DNA from: an uncultured delta proteobacterium
Lineage (GTDB): Bacteria; Desulfobacterota; Desulfuromonadia; Desulfuromonadales; JACZKF01
Assembly: GCA_963816395.1 (NCBI GenBank)
Contig: CAWFKQ010000010.1
Coordinates: 28,953-92,952, forward strand
Length of the DNA: 64,000 nt
Direction of reading: 5' to 3'
The position numbers were made by a program, and so were the translations under genes. Below are positions 52,292 to 62,425 of this stretch, piece by piece. The stretch's first letter is position 1; every line of letters begins with the position of its first letter. Under the pieces are notes generated by a model. The model was not told the origin of the DNA and did not search any database. It saw only the letters and a program-made list of their open reading frames with translations.

Positions 52292-52495
52292 TTAATCCTT
52301 GCTGACGTAATCCCGTCCCTTGCGCAGGAGGAAGTGCTTCAGGCCGGAAGGGGAGCGCACCTGCCCCCGCACCTCCTCGAACCGGCGCCAGGAACGGAAC
52401 AGGCGACCCAGCATCCGGCCGGCGCGGGGGGCGCCGAACAGGAGAACGAGGCAACTGCCAATGAGGAGGATTTCAAAAGGGCCGAGTCCGAACAT
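52292..52495 (-). CDS. tatA: Twin-arginine translocase TatA/TatE family protein
   Basis: MFGLGPFEILLIGSCLVLLFGAPRAGRMLGRLFRSWRRF: canonical TatA N-terminal TM segment plus amphipathic helix. Confidence 0.8.
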   Translation of the reverse strand: MFGLGPFEILLIGSCLVLLFGAPRAGRMLGRLFRSWRRFEEVRGQVRSPSGLKHFLLRKGRDYVSKD

Positions 52496-52646
52496 ACCTG
52501 CATATTACCCGAAGCGGGGCAGTCCGGCAATGAGGATTGAAAATCAGTTTTGAAAGGCCGCCGTCTGCGCACCCACACTCATCACCCTGCCTGCGGGCTG
52601 GCGCAGACCGGCGGGAGGCTGGAGGATGGGAAACAAGCGCGCGGCT

Positions 52647-53429
52647 TTACAGCACCTCGGCCAGGAAGAGCCGCGTTCGCTCCTCCCGCGCCTCCCGGAA
52701 CAGCCGCTCGGGTTCTCCCGTCTCGACGATGCGGCCGTCGGCCATGAAGGCCACCCGGTCGGCGACGCGCTCGGCGAAGCCCATCTCGTGGGTGACCACA
52801 ACCATCGTCATCCCTTCCGCCGCCAGATTCTCCATGACGCGCAGCACCTCCCCCACCAGCTCGGGATCAAGGGCGCTCGTCACCTCGTCGAAGAGCATCA
52901 CCGCCGGCTGCATCGCCAGTGCCCGGGCGATGGCCACCCGCTGTTGCTGTCCGCCGGAGAGGCGTGCCGGCCAGGCGTCGCGCTTCTCGGCCAGGCCGAC
53001 TTTGGCCAGCAGCTCTTCGGCCTTGACGATCGCCTCTGCCCGGCTGCGCCCCAGCACCTGGATCGGCGCTTCGATGAGATTCTCCAGCACCGTCTTGTGC
53101 GGAAAGAGGTTGAACTGCTGGAAGACCATTCCCAGGTGCGTCCGGATGCGGTTGAGATGGCGCTGGAAAGCGCGCGGGGGAAGATCGCTGCGGTTCACCT
53201 GCTCGCCGGCGACCCACACCTCGCCAGTGGTGGGCCGCTCCAGGTGATTGATGCAGCGCAGCAGGGTGCTCTTCCCCGAACCGCTCGGACCGATGAGCAC
53301 CAGCACTTCGCCGGGTGCCACCTCCAGGTCGATCCCTTTCAGGATCTCCTGGCGGCCGAAGGCCTTGCACACTCCCGCGAGGCGGATCATCGGCCCTTCG
53401 CCTGGTTGGAATCCGGCGGCGGTGCTCAT
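52647..53429 (-). CDS. Polar amino acid ABC transporter ATP-binding protein
   Basis: GPSGSGKST Walker [16 protein letters not shown] signature, [11 protein letters not shown] Walker B. Confidence 0.92.
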   Translation of the reverse strand: MSTAAGFQPGEGPMIRLAGVCKAFGRQEILKGIDLEVAPGEVLVLIGPSGSGKSTLLRCINHLERPTTGEVWVAGEQVNRSDLPPRAFQRHLNRIRTHLGMVFQQFNLFPHKTVLENLIEAPIQVLGRSRAEAIVKAEELLAKVGLAEKRDAWPARLSGGQQQRVAIARALAMQPAVMLFDEVTSALDPELVGEVLRVMENLAAEGMTMVVVTHEMGFAERVADRVAFMADGRIVETGEPERLFREAREERTRLFLAEVL

Positions 53430-54082
53430 GCGAATCCCCGCCGGGTGCGGTTTTCGTAGAGCCGCAGCAGCAGGGCGGCGCCGGTGGTGAGAATGGCATA
53501 GAGAAAAGCGGCCATCAGATACATCTCGAAGGGGCGATAGGTGGAGCCGATCAGCCGCTGGGCGGTGAGGGTCAACTCCACCAGGGTGATGGTGGAAACC
53601 AGGGAGGTGTCCTTGATGAGAATGACGAAGTTGTTCCCCAGGGGCGGAATGATCAGCCGCGCCGCCTGCGGCAGGACGATGCGGCGCATGGTCTGACCGG
53701 CGCTCATCCCCAGAGAACGGGCCGCTTCCACCTGCCCCCGGGGGACGGCGAGGATGCCGCCGCGGATAGTTTCGGCATTGTAGGCGCCGGTGTTCAGAGC
53801 CAGCGCGAGGACCCCCGACCAGAAGGGACTCAGGTCGATGCCGAACTGCGGCAGGCCGAAATAGATGAGGAAGAGCTGCACCAGCAGGGGGGTGGAGCGG
53901 ATGAGCCAGACATAAAAGCGCCCCGCCCAGCGCAGCAGGGGGTTGTTCGCCAGGATGCAGAGCGCCGCTGTCAGCCCGGCGACCAGACCCAGGATCAGGG
54001 AGACGGCTGAGATCTCCAGGGTGAGCAGGGCGCCCTTGAGCAGGAAGGGGAAGTAGTGAACGACGATCGACCAGTCGAGCAT
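53426..54082 (-). CDS. Amino acid ABC transporter permease (His/Glu/Gln/Arg/opine family)
   Basis: 218 aa, 5 TM segments, EAA-loop-like [29 protein letters not shown] overlap with the ATPase gene. Confidence 0.9.
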   Translation of the reverse strand: MLDWSIVVHYFPFLLKGALLTLEISAVSLILGLVAGLTAALCILANNPLLRWAGRFYVWLIRSTPLLVQLFLIYFGLPQFGIDLSPFWSGVLALALNTGAYNAETIRGGILAVPRGQVEAARSLGMSAGQTMRRIVLPQAARLIIPPLGNNFVILIKDTSLVSTITLVELTLTAQRLIGSTYRPFEMYLMAAFLYAILTTGAALLLRLYENRTRRGFA

Positions 54083-54085
54083 GGT

Positions 54086-54853
54086 TCAGCGGGCATCGAT
54101 CTTCAGCCAGCGCAGGCTGATCTGGTGATAAGTGCCGTCTGCCCGCATTTTCTCCAGAGCGCTGTTGACCGCCTTCCTGAGCCCGGCATGGCCCCGGCGC
54201 AGGGCGATGCCCATCCGTTCCTCATACAGGAGAGGACCGGCCGGCCGGATCGGGGCATGCTTCTCCTCGATGGCCATGGCGCCGACGATGCGATCGGTAA
54301 CGAAGCCGTCGATCCGTCCCGTGGCGGCCTCCAGCACCATCGCCGGTACCCCCTTGTAGGTGCGTACCTGAACCTGCGGCAGGTTGCCGCGGACCCACTC
54401 CTCATACGTCGTGCCCAGGGTCACGCCGATCCTCTTGCCGGCGAGATCGGCGGCCGAGGTCGCCGATGAGCCGCGGGGCACGAACAGCTGGGCGCCGGAG
54501 CGGTAGTAGGGGGCGGAGAAGTCCACGGTGCGCAGGCGCTGCTCGGTGATGGCCATGCTGCCGCAGATCAGATCGTATTTGCCGGCCAGCAGCCCGGCGA
54601 TGATGCCGTCCCAGGCAATAGAAATCGGTCGCGGCTGCAGACCCAGCCGCCGGGCGATGTCGCTGCACACGGCCACGTCGAAGCCGGTAAGCTGATTGCT
54701 TTCGTCGACGAAATTGAAGGGAGGATACTGGCCGCTCATGGCGAAGGTGAGAGAACCCGGTTCCCGGATCCCGGCCAGGTCGCCGGCAACGCAGTTAAGG
54801 GGGAAGTACAGGGTCAGGATGAACAGCAGGAGAATGGACCGGGCTCTGGGCAT
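54086..54853 (-). CDS. Amino acid ABC transporter substrate-binding protein (family 3 SBP)
   Basis: Signal peptide, then [30 protein letters not shown]... Typical PBPb pattern. Confidence 0.88.
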   Translation of the reverse strand: MPRARSILLLFILTLYFPLNCVAGDLAGIREPGSLTFAMSGQYPPFNFVDESNQLTGFDVAVCSDIARRLGLQPRPISIAWDGIIAGLLAGKYDLICGSMAITEQRLRTVDFSAPYYRSGAQLFVPRGSSATSAADLAGKRIGVTLGTTYEEWVRGNLPQVQVRTYKGVPAMVLEAATGRIDGFVTDRIVGAMAIEEKHAPIRPAGPLLYEERMGIALRRGHAGLRKAVNSALEKMRADGTYHQISLRWLKIDAR

Positions 54854-54977
54854 TGCGTCCTCCTTGCGGGAAGTCGCCGCTCATACCGAGGTGGGCAAAA
54901 CGACGGGAATTTTAGAACAAGCTGGCGGATCGAGGGAAAGTCAGCCGACCATAGTACATTGCTGGAAAGCTGTCAAG

Positions 54978-55934
54978 TCAGGCAAAAATGGAATTGCGCC
55001 CTTTGTTCTTGGCCCGGAAGAGGGCAGTATCGGCGGCGGTCAGGAGACCTTCAGGGGAATCGTCGGGTCTGGCCTGGGCTATGCCGATGGAGATGGTGAG
55101 GGACGGCCGAACGGTTCCGTCGCTCATCACAAGCGGGCTTGCCATGACCTCTGCCCGCAGGCGCTCCGCGGCAATTTTCGCACCTTCGATGTCGACGCCG
55201 GGCAGCAGAATCACGAATTCGTCTCCGCCGTATCGCGCCGCCAGTGCCGTTGGCCGGAGATGGTCGAGCAAAGTCCTGCCGATGGTATGAATGGCCCGGT
55301 CGCCGCATAGGTGTCCATGGCGGTCGTTGAATTTTTTAAAAAAATCGATATCGATCATAATCAGCGACAGGGGACTGGTCTCGATAACGGATCGCTTGAG
55401 CTGGCGGGGAAGAATCCGGTCGAACCAGTGACGGTTGTGCAGTCCGGTTAGCGCATCGATTGTTCCGTAGCGGTGGATGTCTTCTTCCAGCTGCATCTTG
55501 CCGGTAATCAGGCGGTTGGCGCCCCGCAGGCGCCGGGTCAGGATATGCAGAAGGTTGCAGGCGGCGGCGTGCGAGACCCGCACCAGAGACCAGAGAAGAT
55601 CTTTCTCCATCACCAGAAGGCGGCACTCGGTATCGGCGGCGACGAAGGCGGAAGCTCCCTTTCTGTCGATGATGGACATCTCACCGACGATCTCCCCCTT
55701 TTCCAGAATGGCGACCGGCTCGCTTTCGAGGGAAGCCAGATGGACCCGCATTCGGCCATCCAGAATAATGTACAGGTGCCGGTTAGGCTGGTCAAAATTG
55801 AGCAGCACCTCATTCCTGCCGATCATTTTTACCGCACAGGCATCGAGGATGCCCTCGATCGATTCGGGGGCGACGAATTTCAGAAGCTCAAGCTCTCGCA
55901 GCTCTTCGGCGCTGACGCCAGGCGGGCGGCCCAT
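54978..55934 (-). CDS. Cyclic-nucleotide-binding domain / GGDEF diguanylate cyclase
   Basis: N-terminal cNMP-binding fold (LYIILDGRMRV...GEIVGEMSII). C-terminal GGDEF domain (DALTGLHNR, RYGGDEFVILLPG). ATG at 55934 follows AGGAGA; the track start is a TTG at 55952. Confidence 0.88.
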   Translation of the reverse strand: MGRPPGVSAEELRELELLKFVAPESIEGILDACAVKMIGRNEVLLNFDQPNRHLYIILDGRMRVHLASLESEPVAILEKGEIVGEMSIIDRKGASAFVAADTECRLLVMEKDLLWSLVRVSHAAACNLLHILTRRLRGANRLITGKMQLEEDIHRYGTIDALTGLHNRHWFDRILPRQLKRSVIETSPLSLIMIDIDFFKKFNDRHGHLCGDRAIHTIGRTLLDHLRPTALAARYGGDEFVILLPGVDIEGAKIAAERLRAEVMASPLVMSDGTVRPSLTISIGIAQARPDDSPEGLLTAADTALFRAKNKGRNSIFA

Positions 55935-56073
55935 TTGTTCTCCTGATTGCAATGAAATTCAATTTTCTCCAGTTTACCTGAATCTGGAGACCAAAGATAA
56001 GCAAAGTTTATACCAGCTATGGCAGTTTATTCCCGGAATATGCAAGCGGGGGATTCCCGCGCGGTTTGGTTGC

Positions 56074-57141
56074 TCAGGACGGCCGGGCGCGCCGGTACTG
56101 CGGCGGCCAGGGGAGATCGACGCCGAGGGCGCGGGCGGCGTGCAGCGGCCAGTAAGGGTCGCGCAGCAGTTCCCGGGCGAGAAAGACGGCATCGGCCAGG
56201 CCGGTGGCGACGATCTGTTCCGCCTGGGCCGGTTCGGTGATGAAACCGACGGTGCCGGTGGCGATCCCGGCCTGCTCGCGGATGGCGGTGGCGAACGGCG
56301 TCTGGAAGCCGGGGCCGGCGGGGAGGACGGCATCGGGCGCCAGGCCGGCGCTGGAGCAGTCGATGAGGTCGATGCCGAGCTCCCGCAGGCGGCGGCACAG
56401 CTCCACCGACTGTTCCAGGTCCCAGCCGCCCGGCAGCCAGTCGCTGGCGGAGATGCGGACGAAGACCGGCCACTCCGCCGGCCAGGCCTCGCGCACCGCT
56501 CGGGCCACCCGCAGCGGCAGGCGCAGGCGGTTTTCCAGGCTGCCGCCGTACTCGTCCGCGCGCCGGTTGGTCAGGGGGGAGAGGAACTGGTGCAGCAGGT
56601 AGCCGTGCGCCATGTGCACCTCCACCACCCGGAAACCGGCCTCCCGGGCCAGGCGGGCGGCATCGGCGAACTGGCCGACGATTTCCTCGATCTCGCCGGC
56701 GGTGAGCTCGCGGGGGAGCGGGTGCCCGGCGGCGAAGGGGAGGGGGCTGGGAGCCACCGGCTGCCAGCCGCGCGCCTCCGGGCCGAGGGGACCGCCGCCG
56801 CGCCAGGGGGCGTCGGTGGAAGCCTTGCGGCCGGCGTGGCCGAGCTGGATGCCGGCCACCGCCCCCTGCGCGGCGATGAACTCGGCGATGGGGCGGAAGG
56901 CCTCGGCGTGCGCCGCGCTCCACAGGCCGCTGTCGTCCGGGCTGATGCGCCCCTCCGGGCTGACCGCGGTCGCCTCCACCATCACCAGGGCGGCGCCGCC
57001 GACGGCGCGGCTCCCCAGGTGGACCAGGTGCCAGGAGGTGGGCAGCCCCTCGCTGCTCGAATACATGCACATGGGGGAGACGAAGATCCGATTGCGGAAC
57101 GTCACCTCCCGGATTTTCAGGGGAGAAAAGAGCACACTCAC
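56074..57141 (-). CDS. NADH:flavin oxidoreductase / NADPH dehydrogenase, Old Yellow Enzyme family (YqjM/NamA-like)
   Basis: LFSPLKIREVTFRNRIFVSPMCMYSS..., GIQLGHAGRK, HMAHGYLLHQFLSPLTN. GTG at 57141 follows GGAGG; the track ORF extends to 57225. Confidence 0.88.
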   Translation of the reverse strand: MSVLFSPLKIREVTFRNRIFVSPMCMYSSSEGLPTSWHLVHLGSRAVGGAALVMVEATAVSPEGRISPDDSGLWSAAHAEAFRPIAEFIAAQGAVAGIQLGHAGRKASTDAPWRGGGPLGPEARGWQPVAPSPLPFAAGHPLPRELTAGEIEEIVGQFADAARLAREAGFRVVEVHMAHGYLLHQFLSPLTNRRADEYGGSLENRLRLPLRVARAVREAWPAEWPVFVRISASDWLPGGWDLEQSVELCRRLRELGIDLIDCSSAGLAPDAVLPAGPGFQTPFATAIREQAGIATGTVGFITEPAQAEQIVATGLADAVFLARELLRDPYWPLHAARALGVDLPWPPQYRRARPS

Positions 57142-57240
57142 TTGGGGCCTCCGCGGCAGGGGTCCAAATTCGTAGTTATCTGCAACCACCCGCTCGATCC
57201 TCTCGCTGGAGGACACTGAGAGCACTCGGCAGCCATCACC

Positions 57241-58282
57241 TCAAACCACCCGCAGCCGCCCCGCCGGCCCGGCGGCCGCCCGGCCGATCACCCAGCCGCC
57301 GGCTCCCCGGGCGTTGAGGCCGGCCAGCAGGGCTTCGGTCCGTTCGGCGGGAACCGCCATCAGCAGGCCGCCGGAGGTCTGCGGGTCGGCCAGCAGGTCG
57401 ACCGTCTCCGGCTTCAGCTCCCGCCCGCCCAGAACCCGCGGCAGGTAGTATTCGCGGTTGTTGTAGCTGCCGGCCGGGATCAGCCCGGTCGCCGCCATCT
57501 CCCAGACCCGGGGGTAGACGGGCAGGGCGGCGGCCTCGATCTCCAGCAGCACGCCGCTCGCCTCGGCCATCTCCAGGGCGTGACCGAGCAGACCGAAGCC
57601 GGTGACGTCGGTGCAGGCCGACACCCCGACCTCCAGCATGACCTGGGAAGCCGCCCGGTTGAGGGTGGTCATGCCGGCAATCGCCTCGGCCATTTCCTGC
57701 TCGGTCAGCACCTCCCCCTTCAGGGCGGTGGTGAGAATCCCGGTTCCCAGCGGCTTGGTCAGCACCAGCCGGTCGCCCGGGCGGCAGCCGAGGGTGGTCA
57801 CCATGCGCTGCGGGTCGACCAGGCCGGTGACCGCCAGGCCGTACTTCGGCTCCTCGTCCTCCACCGTATGGCCGCCGACCACCACCGCTCCCGCCGCGGC
57901 CACCACTTCGGCGCCGCCCCGCAGGATCGCCGCCAGCAGATCGGTCCCCAGGGCGCAGGCGGGAAAGGCCGCCAGGGCCAGGGCGGTCAGGGGAACCGCC
58001 CCCACCGCGTAGAGATCGGAGAGGGCGTTGGCGGCGGCGATGCGGCCGAAGGTTGCCGGGTCATCGACGATCGGGGTGAAGAAATCGACGGACTGCACCA
58101 GCGCCTGCCCGTCGGCAAGGCGGTAGATGCCGGCATCGGCAAAGGGAATCGCCGCCGAAAGGTGGTTCGGGTCGTCGGTAGTCGGTAATTGACGCAGCAC
58201 CTGCGCCAGCGGCCCGGGGGCCAGTTTGGCGGCTCAACCCGAGCTGCGGGCGAGGGCGGTCAGGCGGACTTTGTTCGGTCAT
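57241..58282 (-). CDS. selD: Selenide, water dikinase SelD, selenocysteine-containing (in-frame TGA); N-terminal frame problem
   Basis: Track ORF 57241..58200 is the body. The same frame continues upstream through TGA (58236-58234): VRLTALARSSG-U-AAKLAPGPLAQVLRQL, i.e. Sec at the active-site position. ATG 58282 (with a GAGG Shine-Dalgarno) is offset by 1 nt, with the shift at the gaacaaag run (about 58270). Confidence 0.85.
58204..58236 (-). other. UGA (Sec) codon plus SECIS-like hairpin in selD mRNA
   Basis: UGA GC-CGCCA-AAC-UGGCC-CCCG-GGCCG-C-UGGCG: two 5-bp helices (one G-U pair) separated by a small internal loop, starting 3 nt after the UGA. Confidence 0.5.
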
Positions 58283-58346
58283 GGTTGGGCCTCGTTTGAT
58301 GAAGCGAGATTGCAAGTAGCGAGGATAGGTCAGATAGAGAAATTAA

Positions 58347-58374
58347 CTATCTCACTACTTACTACCTCACTATC
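58347..58374. repeat. Tandem ACTACNT-type heptamers in the selB-selD spacer
   Basis: ctatctc actactt actacct cactatc on the + strand (gtgagatagtgaggtagtaagtagtgagatag on the coding strand). Confidence 0.55.
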
Positions 58375-60298
58375 TCACGGTTTTCAGCTTTCGGCAGTTT
58401 CCACGCCACCCGCGCATCCCCCTTGCGCAGGGTGTACTTGCGGGCGTCGAAATATTCGAGCAGGGCCTGCACCTGCTTGCGGGCGCTGCCCAGCAGGTCG
58501 CGGAACTCGGCCAGGGTCAGCGTCTCGTGCGCAGCGAAGTGGGTGCGCAGCAGGTCGAGGGCGCGGCGGTAGGTGTCGATGTGCAGGAAGCTCTCCTCGT
58601 TGAGCTTGACCAGCCGCTCGCGGGCGAACAGGAAGGCGAAGTAGGGCTCGGCGCGCACCGGATCGAGGCCGAGGCGCTCGAGCATTTCGCGCTTGTTCTT
58701 GGCCTGGGGGCCCTCCTCCCGGTAGGCCGCCTCGATGCGGGCGATCTCCCGTGCCTGCTCCGGCGGCGGTGCCACGACGAAGCCGGGCAAGTGCAGCCAT
58801 TCTCCCTCCTGCGCCAGTTCGCCGGCGGCCAGGGCCGCTTCCAGCAGGGCGTCGAAGGCCTTCTGGGAAAGCGCGGCGGGCAGCGCCCCCTTGAGGGTGG
58901 CGCGGGGGATGCCGGGGAGCAGGGGGCTGGCGGCGTGAAAGCGGCCCGTCTCTTCCGTCAGCTGCCGGAGCCAGGCGCGCACCGTCTCCGCCGTCGCCCA
59001 CTGATCGGCCAGCAGGACGACCTTTCCTTCCGCCTGCAGCGTCTGCAGGTGGCCGGCGATCCGCTCGGCGCCCATGCCGGAGAGCAGCTCCAGCTCCCTG
59101 ATGCGCAGGCACCCCTGGTCGGCCACCTTCTGCAGCAGGAACGACTTCTCCCCGGACTCCAGCTCGGCCAGGGCGGCCATCACCTCCTCGCGGAAGCGGC
59201 GGTGCCGGACCGGGTTGGGATCGATCACCTGGCCGCCGCCGATGGTCGTCATCGGCGAGTAGGAGCGGACGATGAAGCGGTCCTGGCGGTGCGCCACCAG
59301 GGGCCGGTCGAGATGGATCTGGACGATGGCGCTCTCCCCCGGTTCGAGCAGCTCGCGGTCGAGCAGGGCGACGATCCCCACCACCCGGGCGGTGCCGAGA
59401 TAGAAGTGCACCGGGTCGCGGAACTTCAGCGGCCGCGGCGCGGTTGCCAGCAGGGTGAGGCGGGCGTCGAGGCGCCAGGTCTGCTCGAAGATGCCGGGGG
59501 TGCCGACCACCGAGCCGCGCTGCAGCTTCTCCCGCTCAAGCCCGGCCAGATTGAGGGCGACCCGCTGGCCGGCCAGGGCCTGCTCGACCTTCTTGCCGTG
59601 CACCTGCACCTCGCGCACCCGCACCGTTTCCCCGGGCGGCAGGACCTCCACCGTGTCGCCGGCGCGCACGCTGCCGGAGAGCAGGGTGCCGGTGACCACG
59701 GTGCCGAAGCCGGGGACGGTGAAGTGGCGATCGACCGGCAGCCGCAGCGGGCCGTCGGCGTCCTTGGGGACGAGTTCCGCCACCGAGCGGCGGATCGTCT
59801 CGGTCAGCTCCGGCAGCCCCGCCCCGGTAACGGCGGAGACGCGGCAGAAGGGAGCCTCGGCGAGGAAGGTGTCCGCCACCTCCTCGCGGACCTCCTCCTC
59901 GACGATGTCGATCCAGTCCTCTTCCGCCAGGTCGCATTTGGTGAGCACGACGATGCCGCGCTGGATGTGCAGCAGCTGCAGGATCTGCAGGTGCTCGCGG
60001 GTCTGCGGCCGCACCCCCTCCATGACGTCGATCACCAGCAGCACCAGGTCGATGCCGCCGATGCCGGCGAGCATGTTGCTGATGAAGCGCTCGTGCCCCG
60101 GCACGTCCACCACGCCGGCGATCATCCCGCCCGGCAGGCGGAAGGGGGCGAAGCCGAGGTCGATGGAGATCCCCCGCTCCTGCTCTTCCTTCAGGCGGTC
60201 GGTCTCGACGCCGGTGAGGGCGCGGATAAGGGCGGTCTTGCCGTGGTCGACGTGGCCGGCGGTGCCGATGATGATGTGGCGTTGAGGATTCGGGCCAT
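58362..60298 (-). CDS. selB: Selenocysteine-specific elongation factor SelB (start region out of frame)
   Basis: Track ORF 58362..60125 starts at an internal Met. The same frame is open upstream and encodes [24 protein letters not shown]...RGISIDLGF (G1 motif) but has no ATG/GTG/TTG. ATG 60298 is offset by one base, so either a 1-nt deletion near 60285 or a non-canonical start. Confidence 0.85.
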
Positions 60299-60320
60299 GA
60301 AATCTCAGGTTGCGCGCGGG

Positions 60321-61737
60321 TCAGGTTGCCCTGGCGATGGCGGTGGCCAGGGCATGCAGGAGATCTTTCTCCTCCTCCGCGGCGACGGTGCGCAGGTTGA
60401 GCAGCAGGCGCTCTTCCTGGATGCGGCCGACGACCGGCGGCCGGCGCGCGGCGCAGGCGGGCGGCCAGGGCATCGGCGGAAATCTCCCGCGGCGCGACGG
60501 CCACGGCGAAGCCGGGCAGCTCAGTCAGGGGCAGGGCGCCGCCGCCGACCTGCGAAGGCTCGGGGATGACGGCGACGGTCGCCGAGGCGCCGAGGGCGTC
60601 AGTCAGGCGGCGGGCGAAGCGGCGGCAGCGGCGGCGGATCTCTTCCGGCGAGGCGGCGAGCATGCGCAGCACCGGGATCTCCCGCACCGCCTCCTGGCGG
60701 TCGAGGTAGTGGCGCAGGGTGGCCTCCAGCGCCGCCAGGGTCAGCTTGTCGATGCGCAGGGCGCGCGCCATCGGGTGGCGGCGGATCTTCTCCACCAGCT
60801 CACGCCGGCCGACGATCAGTCCCGCCTGCGGCCCCCCCAGCAGCTTGTCGCCGCTGAAGGTGACCACGTCGATGCCGGCGGCCACCGCCTCGCGCACCGT
60901 CGGCTCCCGCGGCAGGCCGAAATCGGTCAAATCAAGCAGCATACCGCTTCCCAGATCCTCCATCACCGGCAGCCCGTGCTCGCGGCCGAGGGCAGTCAGT
61001 TCCGCCGCCGGCACCGCGGCGGTGAAGCCGATGATGCGGTAGTTGCTGGTATGGACCTTGAGCAGCAGACCGGTCTCCTCGCCGATGGCGGCGCGGTAGT
61101 CCTGCAGGTGCGTCTTGTTGGTGGCTCCCACCTCGCGCAGGCGCACGCCGCCGGCCGCCATCACCTCCGGCACCCGGAAGGCGCCGCCGATCTCCACCAG
61201 CTCGCCGCGCGACACCACCGCCTCCTTCCCCCGGGCGAGGGCGCTCAGGGCGAGCAGCACCGCCCCGGCGTTGTTGTTCACGGCGGTGGCCGCCTCGGCC
61301 CCGGTCAGTCGGCAGAGAAGGGCCTCCACGTGGCTGTAGCGATGGCCGCGCTCCCCCGTCTCCAAATCGAATTCCAGGTTGGAGTAGGAACGGGCAACCT
61401 CGGCCATGGCGCTCAGTGCGGCCCGGCTCAGGGGCGCCCGCCCCAGGTTGGTGTGCAGCAGGGTGCCGGTGGCGTTGATCACCGGCCGCAGGGAAGGGAG
61501 AAGCTTTTCCTCGGCCAGGCGGATCGTCTCCGTCGCCACCCCGGCGGCAGAGAGATCGAGCCCGGCCACGGCGTCGGGATTGCCGAGGATGGCCAGGCGC
61601 AGGCGCTCCACCGCTTCCTGGGCACTCTCCAGCAGCAGCCCGTGCGGGCAGGCATCAGCGAACTGGCGCAGGGCCGGCTCACTCAGGACGCGGTCAATGG
61701 CGGGCAGCCGCCGCAGCAGGTCTTGTCTGGCGTTCAT
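60321..61737 (-). pseudogene. selA: L-seryl-tRNA(Sec) selenium transferase SelA; one frameshift near the C-terminus as written
   Basis: N-terminal 430 aa of track ORF 59536..61737 (VINATGTLLHTNLGRA, FSGDKLLGGPQAG with the PLP Lys). After ...AARLRRA the true frame continues PPVVGRIQEERLLLNLRTVAAEEEKDLLHALATAIARAT* and stops at 60323-60321. Shift near 60445. Confidence 0.85.
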
Positions 61738-61802
61738 GGCAGGGACGACAGGTGAGAGGGGACGAATGAGAACCAGACCTGAATAACACGATTCGGCGGA
61801 AA

Positions 61803-61976
61803 CTACAAGCCGCGGGTTGGCTTCGCGCGTTGCTCCTCCTGCTCCACGATGACCCCGGTCGAGGATATCCTGACCCGATAGGGGAGTCCGGGGTTCAGGC
61901 CGCGCAGCCGGAACAGCCGGGCCACCTCCTGCGGCTTCTTGCCGTAAATTTCCTCCAGCGGAAAGTCCACGCGCAT
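61803..61976 (-). CDS. Unlisted 57-aa ORF upstream of selA (hypothetical)
   Basis: Below the track length cut-off. ATG 61976 is preceded by GGGGAGGA. Host-like GC3-rich codons: MRVDFPLEEIYGKKPQEVARLFRLRGLNPGLPYRVRISSTGVIVEQEEQRAKPTRGL*. No family recognised. Confidence 0.4.
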   Translation of the reverse strand: MRVDFPLEEIYGKKPQEVARLFRLRGLNPGLPYRVRISSTGVIVEQEEQRAKPTRGL

Positions 61977-62425
61977 GGCATCCTCCCCAGTTGCGGGCGC
62001 CGGTCGCCGGGGCCGCGGGATTTGTGCCTCCGCAACCAGTTTACACCCCTCGCTGGCTTGAGCAAGAATGGGCCTGATGGAGATTATGAAACGTCGTTCT
62101 TATCTGTGCAGAAAATTCACGATAACGGGTCTCGTCGACAGGATTTTTTTGACGGCAACAGGCTTTCAGGATGACTTGAACAGTGGCATTTACCTGGGAA
62201 ATCCACGGCCATGGCAAGTGGGTGCAGGCCACCTTAGTCCTGGTCATCCACAGCCCATATCCCCGCTTCATGACATTCTACGGGCCCCCCCGCAACGATC
62301 ATCATCAGAAAAAATCGTCCATTGTTGCGCTAAACTCCTATCTGGCTCCATCTTCCCCTGCTGAGGGAGTGCTCCTTCCGGTCTGAAACGGAGAGGAGGG
62401 AGGGCTTCGTGATACGGGTGCCCAG

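Noticed and set aside
62041-62364. ORFs 62041..62271 (-, 76 aa) and 62068..62364 (+, 98 aa) as genes.
   Set aside because: They overlap each other in a lower-GC stretch, lack the strong GC3 bias of neighbouring genes, and have no Shine-Dalgarno or recognisable motifs.
61740-62425. Search for selC (tRNA-Sec) or any other tRNA next to the sel genes. The T-loop-like gggttcgaaca at 28365 was also examined.
   Set aside because: No cloverleaf could be built: no acceptor/T-arm pairing and no CUUCAAA anticodon loop. The 28365 match lies inside the rsmH coding sequence with no complementary acceptor stem.
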